From the NCBI GenBank assembly GCA_046485285.1, contig JAWOHE010000001.1, forward strand, positions 1 through 27,234: 27,234 nt of DNA. Reading direction: 5' to 3'. Made by a program: the position numbers and the translations under genes. The notes beneath the pieces were generated by a model. It was not told the DNA's origin, searched no databases, and worked only from the letters and a program-made list of their open reading frames with translations. Shown here piece by piece: positions 6,462 through 13,617 of the stretch (positions are counted from its first letter, which is position 1; each line of letters opens with the position of its first letter). The DNA comes from a bacterium. Lineage in GTDB: Bacteria; Hydrothermota; Tepidihabitantia; Tepidihabitantales; Tepidihabitantaceae.

Positions 6462-8851
6462 TCGCGGGCCGGTGCGAGCTGGACGAGCAGGCTCGCGAGC
6501 TTCAGCCCGGCCACCACCCCGCACGCCCATCCCAGCCCGGCGACCGGCACCGCCAGCATCGGAACGGCGAGGATGCCGGCGAGCCCGCCGGCCAGGTCCG
6601 CGGCCGCGAGCCGGCCGATGCGGCGGCGGACCGCCATCCCGCCCGGCGCCGACGCGGCGACCGGGAACTGGTAGCCCAGCGCGCACCCGGCGAGCGTGAG
6701 CAGCGGGAACTGGACCCAGCCGGGAGGGATCCGGCCGGCCGGTACGACGACCAGCGCGGCCGCGACCAGCGCGACCTCCGCCGCCAGGAAGCCGCGCCTG
6801 AGGTCAAACCACGAAGTCACGCATGCCGGGCAAACCACGAAGGCACAAAGAGTGGTTCTTGGGTTCGGACCCCAGCGTCTTCTGTCTTCGTGTCTTGGTG
6901 TCGAATCCGAATCTGTGTCTTGGTGTCTTCGTGTTTCGTCCGGTGTCCCTCTCCCTCTTGGTGTTGAATCCGGCGCCCCGCCCCGGGCCGCGCGGCTGAC
7001 CGCCGCCGCGCCCAGCCGCCCGCCCAGCACGGTCCCGGACATGAAGCAGGCCAGGAGCAGGACGACACCGGCATAGAGCGCCCCGGTCGCGGCCTGGAAG
7101 GCGAACATCGCGACCGTCACGAGCGCGCTGCCCGCGAAACCGGAAGTCGCCACCGCCAGCGTCCGCCGCCCGGCCTCGCCGCGGCGCGACGCCAGGAGAA
7201 TCGCCACAAGCAGGATGACAAGCGTGGCCGCGAGCGCGGGACTGGAGGCCCGGCGCAGCAGGTCCCCGGGATCCGGGCCCGAAAGGCCGGCCTCGCGCGC
7301 CCGGTGGGCGACCGCGAGGAAGAGACCGCGCGGGTGCGCGTCGGTGCTCAGGCACGAGGTCCTGTCCCCGCACCAGCCCGGCCCGGCCGCGGCCGCCAGC
7401 TCGCGCTCGAGCCGCTCGCCGCGGAATCGGTCGAGGAGCCGGGTAAGACCGGCCGAATCGAGGACCAGGCCGCCGGCCGCGCCATCCCGGTGCCAGCCTG
7501 CGAGCCGCGCGCCCGCGTCCGGCGCGCCCGCCAGCGGCCCCGCGCCGGCCACCAGCACCGGCAGGTCGAGCGGTAGGACCGCTACCGTGTCGAACGCCTC
7601 CGCCATCGTCACCCGGCTCGACTGGTACAGCCGGGCCGCGGACCGGCCCGCGCCGGCCGTCAACCAGTCGAGCGGCACCGCGACGACCCCCCCGGTCCGA
7701 AGCCGGCGGCGGCAGAGGCGGAAGAACTCCACTGTCGCGAGCCGGCTCGCCGAAAGGCTCAGCGGTACCGGGCTCGGGCCGATGATGCAGTCGAATCGCT
7801 CCTCCGCCGCCCGGGCGAGGAACCGGCGCGGGTCGTCGTGCACGACCCTCACCCGCCCCTTGCCGGCCGACGGCCAGTCGGCGCCGGCCCCGACGATACG
7901 CTCCAGCAGCAGCCGGTCCTGTGCCACCAGCGTCAGCTCGGCGGCCGGCAGCTCGAGCAGCGGCGGTACGAACCCCGCGCCGCCCAGCACGAGCACGCTC
8001 TGCTGTTCGGCTGCCAGCAGGGCCGGCACGACCGCCGCCTGCTCCACGCCCAGCCGGTCCGCGGGCGGAAGTGCCGCCACCGCGACACCGTCCGAGACGA
8101 CCACCCGCTCGGCCTCGCGCGTCAGCGTCACGGTCTTGCCGAACGGGCTGTCGGCGACCTCCTCGACCCGGAAACCGGGCCAGGCCGCCTGCCAGGCCAG
8201 CCGCTCCGAGGCCCGCGCGGTCAGCGCCGCCGCGACCAGCGCGACCGCGGTGACGACGGCCGGCAGCCGGCGCATCCCGCCCGCGGCGGCCCCGGCCGCC
8301 AGCAGGGCGGCCCCGAAGCCGGCCACGACCGCCAGGCCGGGCGCGGCGGCGACCAGCGCCGCCGCGACGACCAGACCGCCGGCGGCGGCACCGAAACCCT
8401 CCCACGCATAGCCCTGCCCGACGCCGCCCGCACCGGCGGTGTCCGCGTGGCGGCCGCAAAACTCGACGAAGAGCCAACCATGCAACAGCGCCGGCAGCGC
8501 GGACACGAGCGCGGCAGCCCCGGCGACGGCCGCGGGCCCCGGCTGCTCGCCCGCCAGGAGGCCGAACAGCGGCCGCGTCAGCGTCGCGGCCGGAACCGCC
8601 AGCGCCGACAGCACCGCCACCGCAATGCCGGCCGCGGTCATCGCCCCGGGCCGGCCGGTTGCGCGGAAGCCGCCCGCCAGCCGCGCCCCCAGCGCCTCCA
8701 GGCCCAGCCAGGTCCCGAGCACGACCGCCGCCGTGAACTCGCTGCCGGCGTACGCGGCCATCAGCTCGCGCATCACGACCGCCTGCGCCGCCAGCCCCTG
8801 GCCGCCGAGGATGAACAACAGCGCCACCATCGGGCGGGCCTCGCGCGACAT
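6458..8851 (-). CDS. Membrane-fused spermidine synthase-like protein (N- and C-terminal TM domains flanking a degenerate SAM-binding-like domain)
   Basis: QAVVMRELMAAYAGSE N-terminal membrane motif, DSPFG, SVLVLGG, DDPRRFL, TVEFFRLCRRRLRTGGVV, STDAHP, FQAATGALY, ADLAGG. Matches the fused MFS/spermidine synthase architecture. Confidence 0.8.
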   Translation of the reverse strand: MSREARPMVALLFILGGQGLAAQAVVMRELMAAYAGSEFTAAVVLGTWLGLEALGARLAGGFRATGRPGAMTAAGIAVAVLSALAVPAATLTRPLFGLLAGEQPGPAAVAGAAALVSALPALLHGWLFVEFCGRHADTAGAGGVGQGYAWEGFGAAAGGLVVAAALVAAAPGLAVVAGFGAALLAAGAAAGGMRRLPAVVTAVALVAAALTARASERLAWQAAWPGFRVEEVADSPFGKTVTLTREAERVVVSDGVAVAALPPADRLGVEQAAVVPALLAAEQQSVLVLGGAGFVPPLLELPAAELTLVAQDRLLLERIVGAGADWPSAGKGRVRVVHDDPRRFLARAAEERFDCIIGPSPVPLSLSASRLATVEFFRLCRRRLRTGGVVAVPLDWLTAGAGRSAARLYQSSRVTMAEAFDTVAVLPLDLPVLVAGAGPLAGAPDAGARLAGWHRDGAAGGLVLDSAGLTRLLDRFRGERLERELAAAAGPGWCGDRTSCLSTDAHPRGLFLAVAHRAREAGLSGPDPGDLLRRASSPALAATLVILLVAILLASRRGEAGRRTLAVATSGFAGSALVTVAMFAFQAATGALYAGVVLLLACFMSGTVLGGRLGAAAVSRAARGGAPDSTPRGRGTPDETRRHQDTDSDSTPRHEDRRRWGPNPRTTLCAFVVCPACVTSWFDLRRGFLAAEVALVAAALVVVPAGRIPPGWVQFPLLTLAGCALGYQFPVAASAPGGMAVRRRIGRLAAADLAGGLAGILAVPMLAVPVAGLGWACGVVAGLKLASLLVQLAPARD
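6805..6972. repeat. REP-like palindromic repeat cluster inserted in frame in the spermidine-synthase-like gene
   Basis: AT-richer patch in very GC-rich coding DNA. CAAACCACGAAG at 6805 and 6831; complementary CTTCGTG/TCTTGGTG units at 6885-6936; TCTTGGTGTYGAATCCG at 6893 and 6956. Confidence 0.7.
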
Positions 8852-8857
8852 CAGAGC

Positions 8858-8885
8858 ATCCTATGCCGCCACCCGGCCGGGTCAA
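8858..8885 (-). promoter_or_regulatory. sigma70 promoter for the spermidine-synthase-like gene (leaderless arrangement)
   Basis: Minus strand TTGACC-16 nt-TAGGAT-6 nt-ATG(8851). Confidence 0.65.
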
Positions 8886-8891
8886 TCCGGC

Positions 8892-8919
8892 TTGACTCCC
8901 GGTGCCTCCGTGCTACCAT
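8892..8919 (+). promoter_or_regulatory. sigma70 promoter of the nikR-ABC operon
   Basis: TTGACT-16 nt-TACCAT with extended TG. Confidence 0.65.
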
Positions 8920-8936
8920 CGGCGAGAAAGTGACAC
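8910..8936. promoter_or_regulatory. Candidate NikR operator GTGCTAC-N13-GTGACAC
   Basis: Two 7-bp half sites 13 bp apart, each one mismatch from the GTGTTAC/GTAACAC dyad. They overlap the -10 box and the nikR GTG start. Confidence 0.6.
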
Positions 8937-9370
8937 GCGGAAGAACGACCCGTAGCGCCCTGGCTCCGACCGTCCGCTTCGGGGTATCGATGGAACCGGC
9001 CCTGCTCGCCCGGTTCGACCGGCTCCTCGACCGCAGCGGCTACTCCTGCCGGTCCGAGGCGCTCCGGGACCTCGTCCGGCGCCGCCTCGACGAGGACCGC
9101 CAGCGCGAAGAGGACAGCGACGTCGTCGGCACGGTCACGATCGTCTACGACCACGAACAGCACGACCTCGCCCACCGTCTGACCCACATCCAGCACGACC
9201 ACCACGCGACGGTCGTCGCCAACGTCCACGTCCACCTCGACCCGCAGAACTGCCTCGAGGTGCTCATCGTCCGGGGACGGTCGAGCCGGGTGCGCCGGCT
9301 GGCCGACGAGTTGATCGCGACCAAGGGCGTGCGCCACGGCCGCCTGAACCTGACAGCGGCCAGGGACTAG
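8930..9370 (+). CDS. nikR: Nickel-responsive transcriptional regulator NikR
   Basis: Ribbon-helix-helix VRFGVSM...RSEALRDLVR; ACT-like domain VGTVTIVYDH; metal ligands QH and HVHLDPQNCLE. This is the C-terminal part of ORF 7838..9370; GTG 8930 chosen as start. Confidence 0.93.
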   Translation: MTRGRTTRSALAPTVRFGVSMEPALLARFDRLLDRSGYSCRSEALRDLVRRRLDEDRQREEDSDVVGTVTIVYDHEQHDLAHRLTHIQHDHHATVVANVHVHLDPQNCLEVLIVRGRSSRVRRLADELIATKGVRHGRLNLTAARD

Positions 9371-10203
9371 TGACCGGTACCGGCGGCCACGACGCGGGTG
9401 TCTTCGTGCGGCGCCCGCTTGTCCTGCTCGCCGCCGTCCTGGCGCTGTCCGGACCGGGCTGCGGCGGGCGAAATCCCCGTCCGGTCGTCGTCGGCACCAC
9501 CGCGAACATCACGGCAGTCGTCGCCGCGGTCGCCGGCGACCGGGTCGAGAACGTCACCCTCGCCCCGGCCGGAATGTGCCCGGGCCACTTCGACGTCCGG
9601 CCGTCGCACGTCGCGGCCGCGGCCCGGGCCGACCTGATCATTCGCCAGGGCTGGGAGGAGTGGTTCGATGACCTGGCCCGGTCCCTGCCCGAACCGCGCC
9701 CCCGGGTCGTCACCGCCGCAACCGGCGGCAACTGGATGCTGCCCGAGGTCCACCGCCTGGCGGTCTTGGAGCTGGCCGGCCTGCTCGCCGGGCTCGACAC
9801 CGCACTTGCCGACACCTTCAAACTGAACGCCGGGCGCTACCTCGCCCGGGTCGACTCGGCGTCCCGGGCCGCCCGCGCGCTCCTCGCCGGCCGCTCCCTG
9901 CCGACCGCCATCGCCGCCGAACACCAGGCCCCGCTGCTGCGCTGGCTGGGCTTCCGCGTCGTCGCGACCTACGGCCGGCCCGAGGATTTCACTGCCCGCG
10001 AGCTGAGCCGTCTTGCCCGGGTCGGCATCGATTCGGCGGTCGGCCTGGTCGCAGACAACCTCCAGTCCGGGCCGGACGCCGGCGGGCCGCTCGCCGCCGC
10101 GTTCGGCGCCCGGCACGTCAACCTGACCAACTTCCCGCTCGAAGACGACTACCCGGCCACCCTGCTTGAGAGCGCCCGTACCATCGCCCGCCTGCTCGAG
10201 TGA
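9370..10203 (+). CDS. Metal ABC transporter substrate-binding lipoprotein (ZnuA/TroA family, divergent ligands)
   Basis: Lipoprotein-like signal (LLAAVLALSGPGC), VVVGTT...VAGDRVE, CPGHFDVRPS, ADLII..GWE. Start is GTG 9370 or GTG 9406. Confidence 0.85.
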   Translation: MTGTGGHDAGVFVRRPLVLLAAVLALSGPGCGGRNPRPVVVGTTANITAVVAAVAGDRVENVTLAPAGMCPGHFDVRPSHVAAAARADLIIRQGWEEWFDDLARSLPEPRPRVVTAATGGNWMLPEVHRLAVLELAGLLAGLDTALADTFKLNAGRYLARVDSASRAARALLAGRSLPTAIAAEHQAPLLRWLGFRVVATYGRPEDFTARELSRLARVGIDSAVGLVADNLQSGPDAGGPLAAAFGARHVNLTNFPLEDDYPATLLESARTIARLLE

Positions 10204-10237
10204 GCCGGCGGCAGTCGTGACGCAGGAGCCGCCGCCA

Positions 10238-10975
10238 ATGCCTCTGGCCGACTGCGCGGTCCGGCTCGACCGGGTCAGCGTTTCGTACTACGAGCACATC
10301 GCCCTGCGCGACGTTTCGCTCATCCTCCGCCGACGCGAGTTCGCGGCAATCATCGGGCCCAACGGCGCCGGCAAGACTACCCTGCTCACCGTTGTCAACG
10401 GCCTCGGCAACATCCGGGCCGGGAAGGTCGAGGTACTCGGCACCGGGCTCAGTCGGCGGACGGTGCGCGGCCTGCGCCGCCGAATCGGCTACGTTCCCCA
10501 GCACCTGAATGTTGATCCGCGCACGCCGCTTGACTGCCGCGAAGCGGTCCTGCTTGGCCGGGTCGGCCGGGCCGGGCTCCTGCGTCGGCTCTCGCCGGCC
10601 GATAACCGGGCGACCGAGCGCGCGCTCGAGATGACCGGGATGGCCGCGCTCGCCGACCGGCCGGTCGGCCACCTCTCGGGCGGCGAGGCCCAGAAGATCA
10701 ACCTCGCCCGGGCCCTCGCCCAGGAGCCGGAGATTCTCCTGCTCGACGAGCCCTTCGCCAACCTCGACCCGCACGCCGGGGACGAACTCGAGGCACTGGT
10801 CAGCGCCGCCCACGAGCAGTTCGCCCTCACCACCATTCTCGTCACCCATCGCGTTGACCGGCTGCCCGCGCCCTGCCGCCGGATAATCCTGATGAAACAG
10901 ACCCGGATCGTCTTCGACGGCGACCGGGCCGCGGCACTTGCCCCCGCGCGCGTCGCCGCGCTTTTCGCGGGATGA
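10238..10975 (+). CDS. Metal ABC transporter ATP-binding protein (ZnuC-like)
   Basis: GPNGAGKTT Walker A, IGYVPQ, LSGGE signature, LLLDEP, VTH; AGGAG SD before ATG 10238. Confidence 0.92.
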   Translation: MPLADCAVRLDRVSVSYYEHIALRDVSLILRRREFAAIIGPNGAGKTTLLTVVNGLGNIRAGKVEVLGTGLSRRTVRGLRRRIGYVPQHLNVDPRTPLDCREAVLLGRVGRAGLLRRLSPADNRATERALEMTGMAALADRPVGHLSGGEAQKINLARALAQEPEILLLDEPFANLDPHAGDELEALVSAAHEQFALTTILVTHRVDRLPAPCRRIILMKQTRIVFDGDRAAALAPARVAALFAG

Positions 10976-11769
10976 ACATCCCCGCCCTGCTGCCCTGGCA
11001 GATCGCCGCCGCGGTCCTCGGCGGCGGGGCCTGCGGCCTGGTCGGGGTCTGGGTGGTGCTGATGCGGATTCCGTTCGTCGGGGTGGCGATGTCCCACGCC
11101 GCGTTCGCCGGCGCGGTCTTCGGCCTGCTCGTCGGTGTCAACCCGCTCGTCGCCGCGACCGCCGCCTGCGTCCTCGCCTCGCTGCTGATCGGCCCGCTCG
11201 CCGAGCACTCCGACCTCGAACCCAACGTCTCGGTCGGCATCATCTTCTCGCTCGTGCTCGGCCTTGCCTTCCTCGGCATCGGGCTGATGCCCGGCCCGCG
11301 CACCGCCGCCTTGCGCTATGTCTGGGGAAGCATCCTGCTGGTGTCGGCCCGGGACGTCGTCGTGATGGCGGCGATGGCCGCGGTGGTCGTCGCTTTCCTG
11401 CTCCTGTTCTTCAAAGAAATCCGGGCCGTGCTCTACAACCGCGAGGTCGCCCGGGCGGTCGGGATCCCCGAGCGGCCGCTCTTCTACGCGATGCTCGTGC
11501 TCTGCGGGCTGACCGTCACCGCCAACCTCGACACCATCGGCGGCCTCCTGATCTTCAGCCTGATTGTCAACCCTCCTGCCGCCGCATTCCAGCTCACCTG
11601 GCGCCTGCGGACGATGTTCCTGCTCTCCGCCGCCTTCGGCATCGGGTCGTGCCTGGTCGGGCTGGGTGTGTCCTACCTCACCGACGCGCCCTCGGGCGCG
11701 GTCATCATCATCACCTCGAGCGCAGTCTTCGGGCTGACGCTTCTCTTCTCGCCCAAGCGCCGGCGCTGA
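10972..11769 (+). CDS. Metal ABC transporter permease (ABC-3/ZnuB-like)
   Basis: GVWVVLMRIPFVGVAMSHAAFAG, YVWGSIL, ARAVGIP, GGLLIFSLIVNP, DAPSGAVII. ATGA overlap with the ATPase stop. Confidence 0.92.
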   Translation: MNIPALLPWQIAAAVLGGGACGLVGVWVVLMRIPFVGVAMSHAAFAGAVFGLLVGVNPLVAATAACVLASLLIGPLAEHSDLEPNVSVGIIFSLVLGLAFLGIGLMPGPRTAALRYVWGSILLVSARDVVVMAAMAAVVVAFLLLFFKEIRAVLYNREVARAVGIPERPLFYAMLVLCGLTVTANLDTIGGLLIFSLIVNPPAAAFQLTWRLRTMFLLSAAFGIGSCLVGLGVSYLTDAPSGAVIIITSSAVFGLTLLFSPKRRR

Positions 11770-11790
11770 CCGCCGGACTCGCCCCGGCGG
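11770..11790. terminator. Hairpin filling the gap between convergent permease and pckA stops
   Basis: CCGCCGG-ACTCGCC-CCGGCGG; no U-tract. Confidence 0.4.
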
Positions 11791-13617
11791 CTACTTGCCC
11801 GGGCACTGCCGGGCGACGCCCGGCGCGATGCGCTTCGCGCCGTAGGCCCGGTCGAAGTGCGCGCAGAACTCGGCCGCGAGCCGGCGCGCCCGTTCGTCAT
11901 AGGCCTCCGGATCGGCCCAGGTCCCGCGCGGGTTGAGCAGGCCGGGGTCGGCGACGCCGGGACAGCTCTTTGGCACCCGGAGGTGAAACGTGCCATCCTC
12001 CGAGTACTCGACCCCGTCCAGCCCGCCCGCCAGCGCCGCCTCGACGATCTCGCGCGTCAGGCTGATGTCCATCCGCCGGCCGGTTCCGTACGGCCCGCCG
12101 GACCAGCCGGTGTTGACGAGGAAGACCCGCGACCCGTGGCGATCGAGCCGCTCGCCCAGCAGGCCGGCGTAGACGTCCGGGTTGCGGGGCATGAACGGGG
12201 CGCCGAAGAACCGCGAAAAGGTCGTCTTCGGTTCGACGATGCCGGTCTCGGTGCCGGCGAGCTTCGACGTGTAGCCCATCAGGAACCAGAGCATCGCCTG
12301 CTCGCGCGTCAGCCGGGCGACCGGCGGCAGGACGCCGTTGGCGTCGGCGGTCAGGAACAAGATCGTCTTCGGGTGACCGCCGACCGGCAGCGGCTTGATG
12401 TTCGTCAGGAACGACAGCGGGTACGACCCGCGCGAGTTGGGCGTGTAGCGCTCGTCGTCGAGGTCGAACCGCCCGTCGGGGTAGACCATCGCGTTCTCGA
12501 CTATCGCCCCGTGCTCGGCGGCCGGCGCGGCGTGGAAGCAGGCGTTCCAGATCTCCGGCTCCTTGTCGCGCCGCAGGTTGATGAGCTTGGCATAGCAGCC
12601 CTGCTCGAAGTTGGCGATGCCGGCGTCCGACCAGCCGTGCTCGTCGTCGCCGAGGAGCGCCCGGCGCGGGTCGGCCGACAGCGTCGTCTTGCCCGTGCCC
12701 GAGAGGCCGAGCAGCAGCGCGACGTCGCCCCCGGCGCTCTCGTTCGCCGCGCAGTGCAGCGGCAGGATGCCCTCCGCCGGCAGGTAGTAGTTCATCACCG
12801 TGAACCCGAGCTTCTTGACGCTCCCACCGTAGGCCGAGCCATAGACCACGCCCAGCCGCCGGTCCATATCCATCGCGATGACCATCGTCGAGGTGTGGCC
12901 GAGCCGCGGGTCCACCCTCAGCCGGCCGCGGTAGCGCTCCGGGTCGAGCTTGTCGTAGGGCAGGACGACCAGCGTGAAAGACCGGGCGGCGAAGCAGGAC
13001 CGGCCGATATCGGCCGGGACGGTGCGGTTCTGCGGAAGACCGGTGACGAAGTCCTTGCCGCGGCCCGGCCCCGGCAGGGGCCGGCTCTGCGGAAGACCGG
13101 TGACGAAGTCCTTGCCGCAGCCCGGCCCCGGGAGGGGCCGGCTCTGCGGAAGACCGGTGGCGAAGTCCTTGCCGCAGCCCGGCCCCGGGAGGGGCCGGAA
13201 CATGTTGTCAGTGAAGAGCGCAGTGAGCGCCCGGTCGGTCACGGTCCGGATCGGCAGTGCGTACGCCGGGTCGGCGCCGAGACAACGGTCGGTGACGTAC
13301 AGCCGCGGCTTGGCCGCGAGCGTCCCGAGCGCGTCATCGAGCACCATCGCCATCGTCTCCGGGTCGAGTGGGACGTTGTTGGGCGAGTCCCAGTCGATGG
13401 TGTCCTCGGACTCGGGCCGCCGGACGATGCAGGTGTCCTTCGGGCTTCGGCCGGTCGACTCGACAGGGGTCCAGGTCGCCAGAGCGCCGCAAGCCGCGAC
13501 CATCGCCTCCCGGCGTCGCTCCGCCTCGATGATGAGCACCCCGCGCCCGGGGTTCAGAAGGACATCACGGTGGTCCTGGAGCAGGGCATCGAGCCTGCCG
13601 ACGAAATCCCCGCTCAT
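11791..13617 (-). CDS. pckA: Phosphoenolpyruvate carboxykinase (ATP), with a 57-aa tandem-repeat insertion
   Basis: TGRSPKD, YGGSVKK, PLHCAAN, GLSGTGKTTLSAD, GDDEHGW, GCYAK, GYTSKLAGTE, LVNTGWSGG motifs. Confidence 0.95.
   Translation of the reverse strand: MSGDFVGRLDALLQDHRDVLLNPGRGVLIIEAERRREAMVAACGALATWTPVESTGRSPKDTCIVRRPESEDTIDWDSPNNVPLDPETMAMVLDDALGTLAAKPRLYVTDRCLGADPAYALPIRTVTDRALTALFTDNMFRPLPGPGCGKDFATGLPQSRPLPGPGCGKDFVTGLPQSRPLPGPGRGKDFVTGLPQNRTVPADIGRSCFAARSFTLVVLPYDKLDPERYRGRLRVDPRLGHTSTMVIAMDMDRRLGVVYGSAYGGSVKKLGFTVMNYYLPAEGILPLHCAANESAGGDVALLLGLSGTGKTTLSADPRRALLGDDEHGWSDAGIANFEQGCYAKLINLRRDKEPEIWNACFHAAPAAEHGAIVENAMVYPDGRFDLDDERYTPNSRGSYPLSFLTNIKPLPVGGHPKTILFLTADANGVLPPVARLTREQAMLWFLMGYTSKLAGTETGIVEPKTTFSRFFGAPFMPRNPDVYAGLLGERLDRHGSRVFLVNTGWSGGPYGTGRRMDISLTREIVEAALAGGLDGVEYSEDGTFHLRVPKSCPGVADPGLLNPRGTWADPEAYDERARRLAAEFCAHFDRAYGAKRIAPGVARQCPGK
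13025..13198. repeat. 3 x 57-bp tandem repeat inside pckA
   Basis: Units start at 13025, 13082 and 13139 and encode (R)PLPGPG[CR]GKDF[AV]TGLPQ[SN] three times. Confidence 0.95.

Noticed and set aside
7838-8929. Long N-terminal extensions on NikR (and likewise on the HD, M20, TPR, SLBB and DUF2007 ORFs) suggesting fusion proteins
   Set aside because: Extensions overlap neighbouring real genes and lie upstream of clear promoters or SD sites; they are ORF-caller artefacts.
13025-13198. 57-bp repeats as a CRISPR array or intein
   Set aside because: No unique spacers, no cas genes and no intein terminal motifs; it is a simple in-frame tandem repeat.
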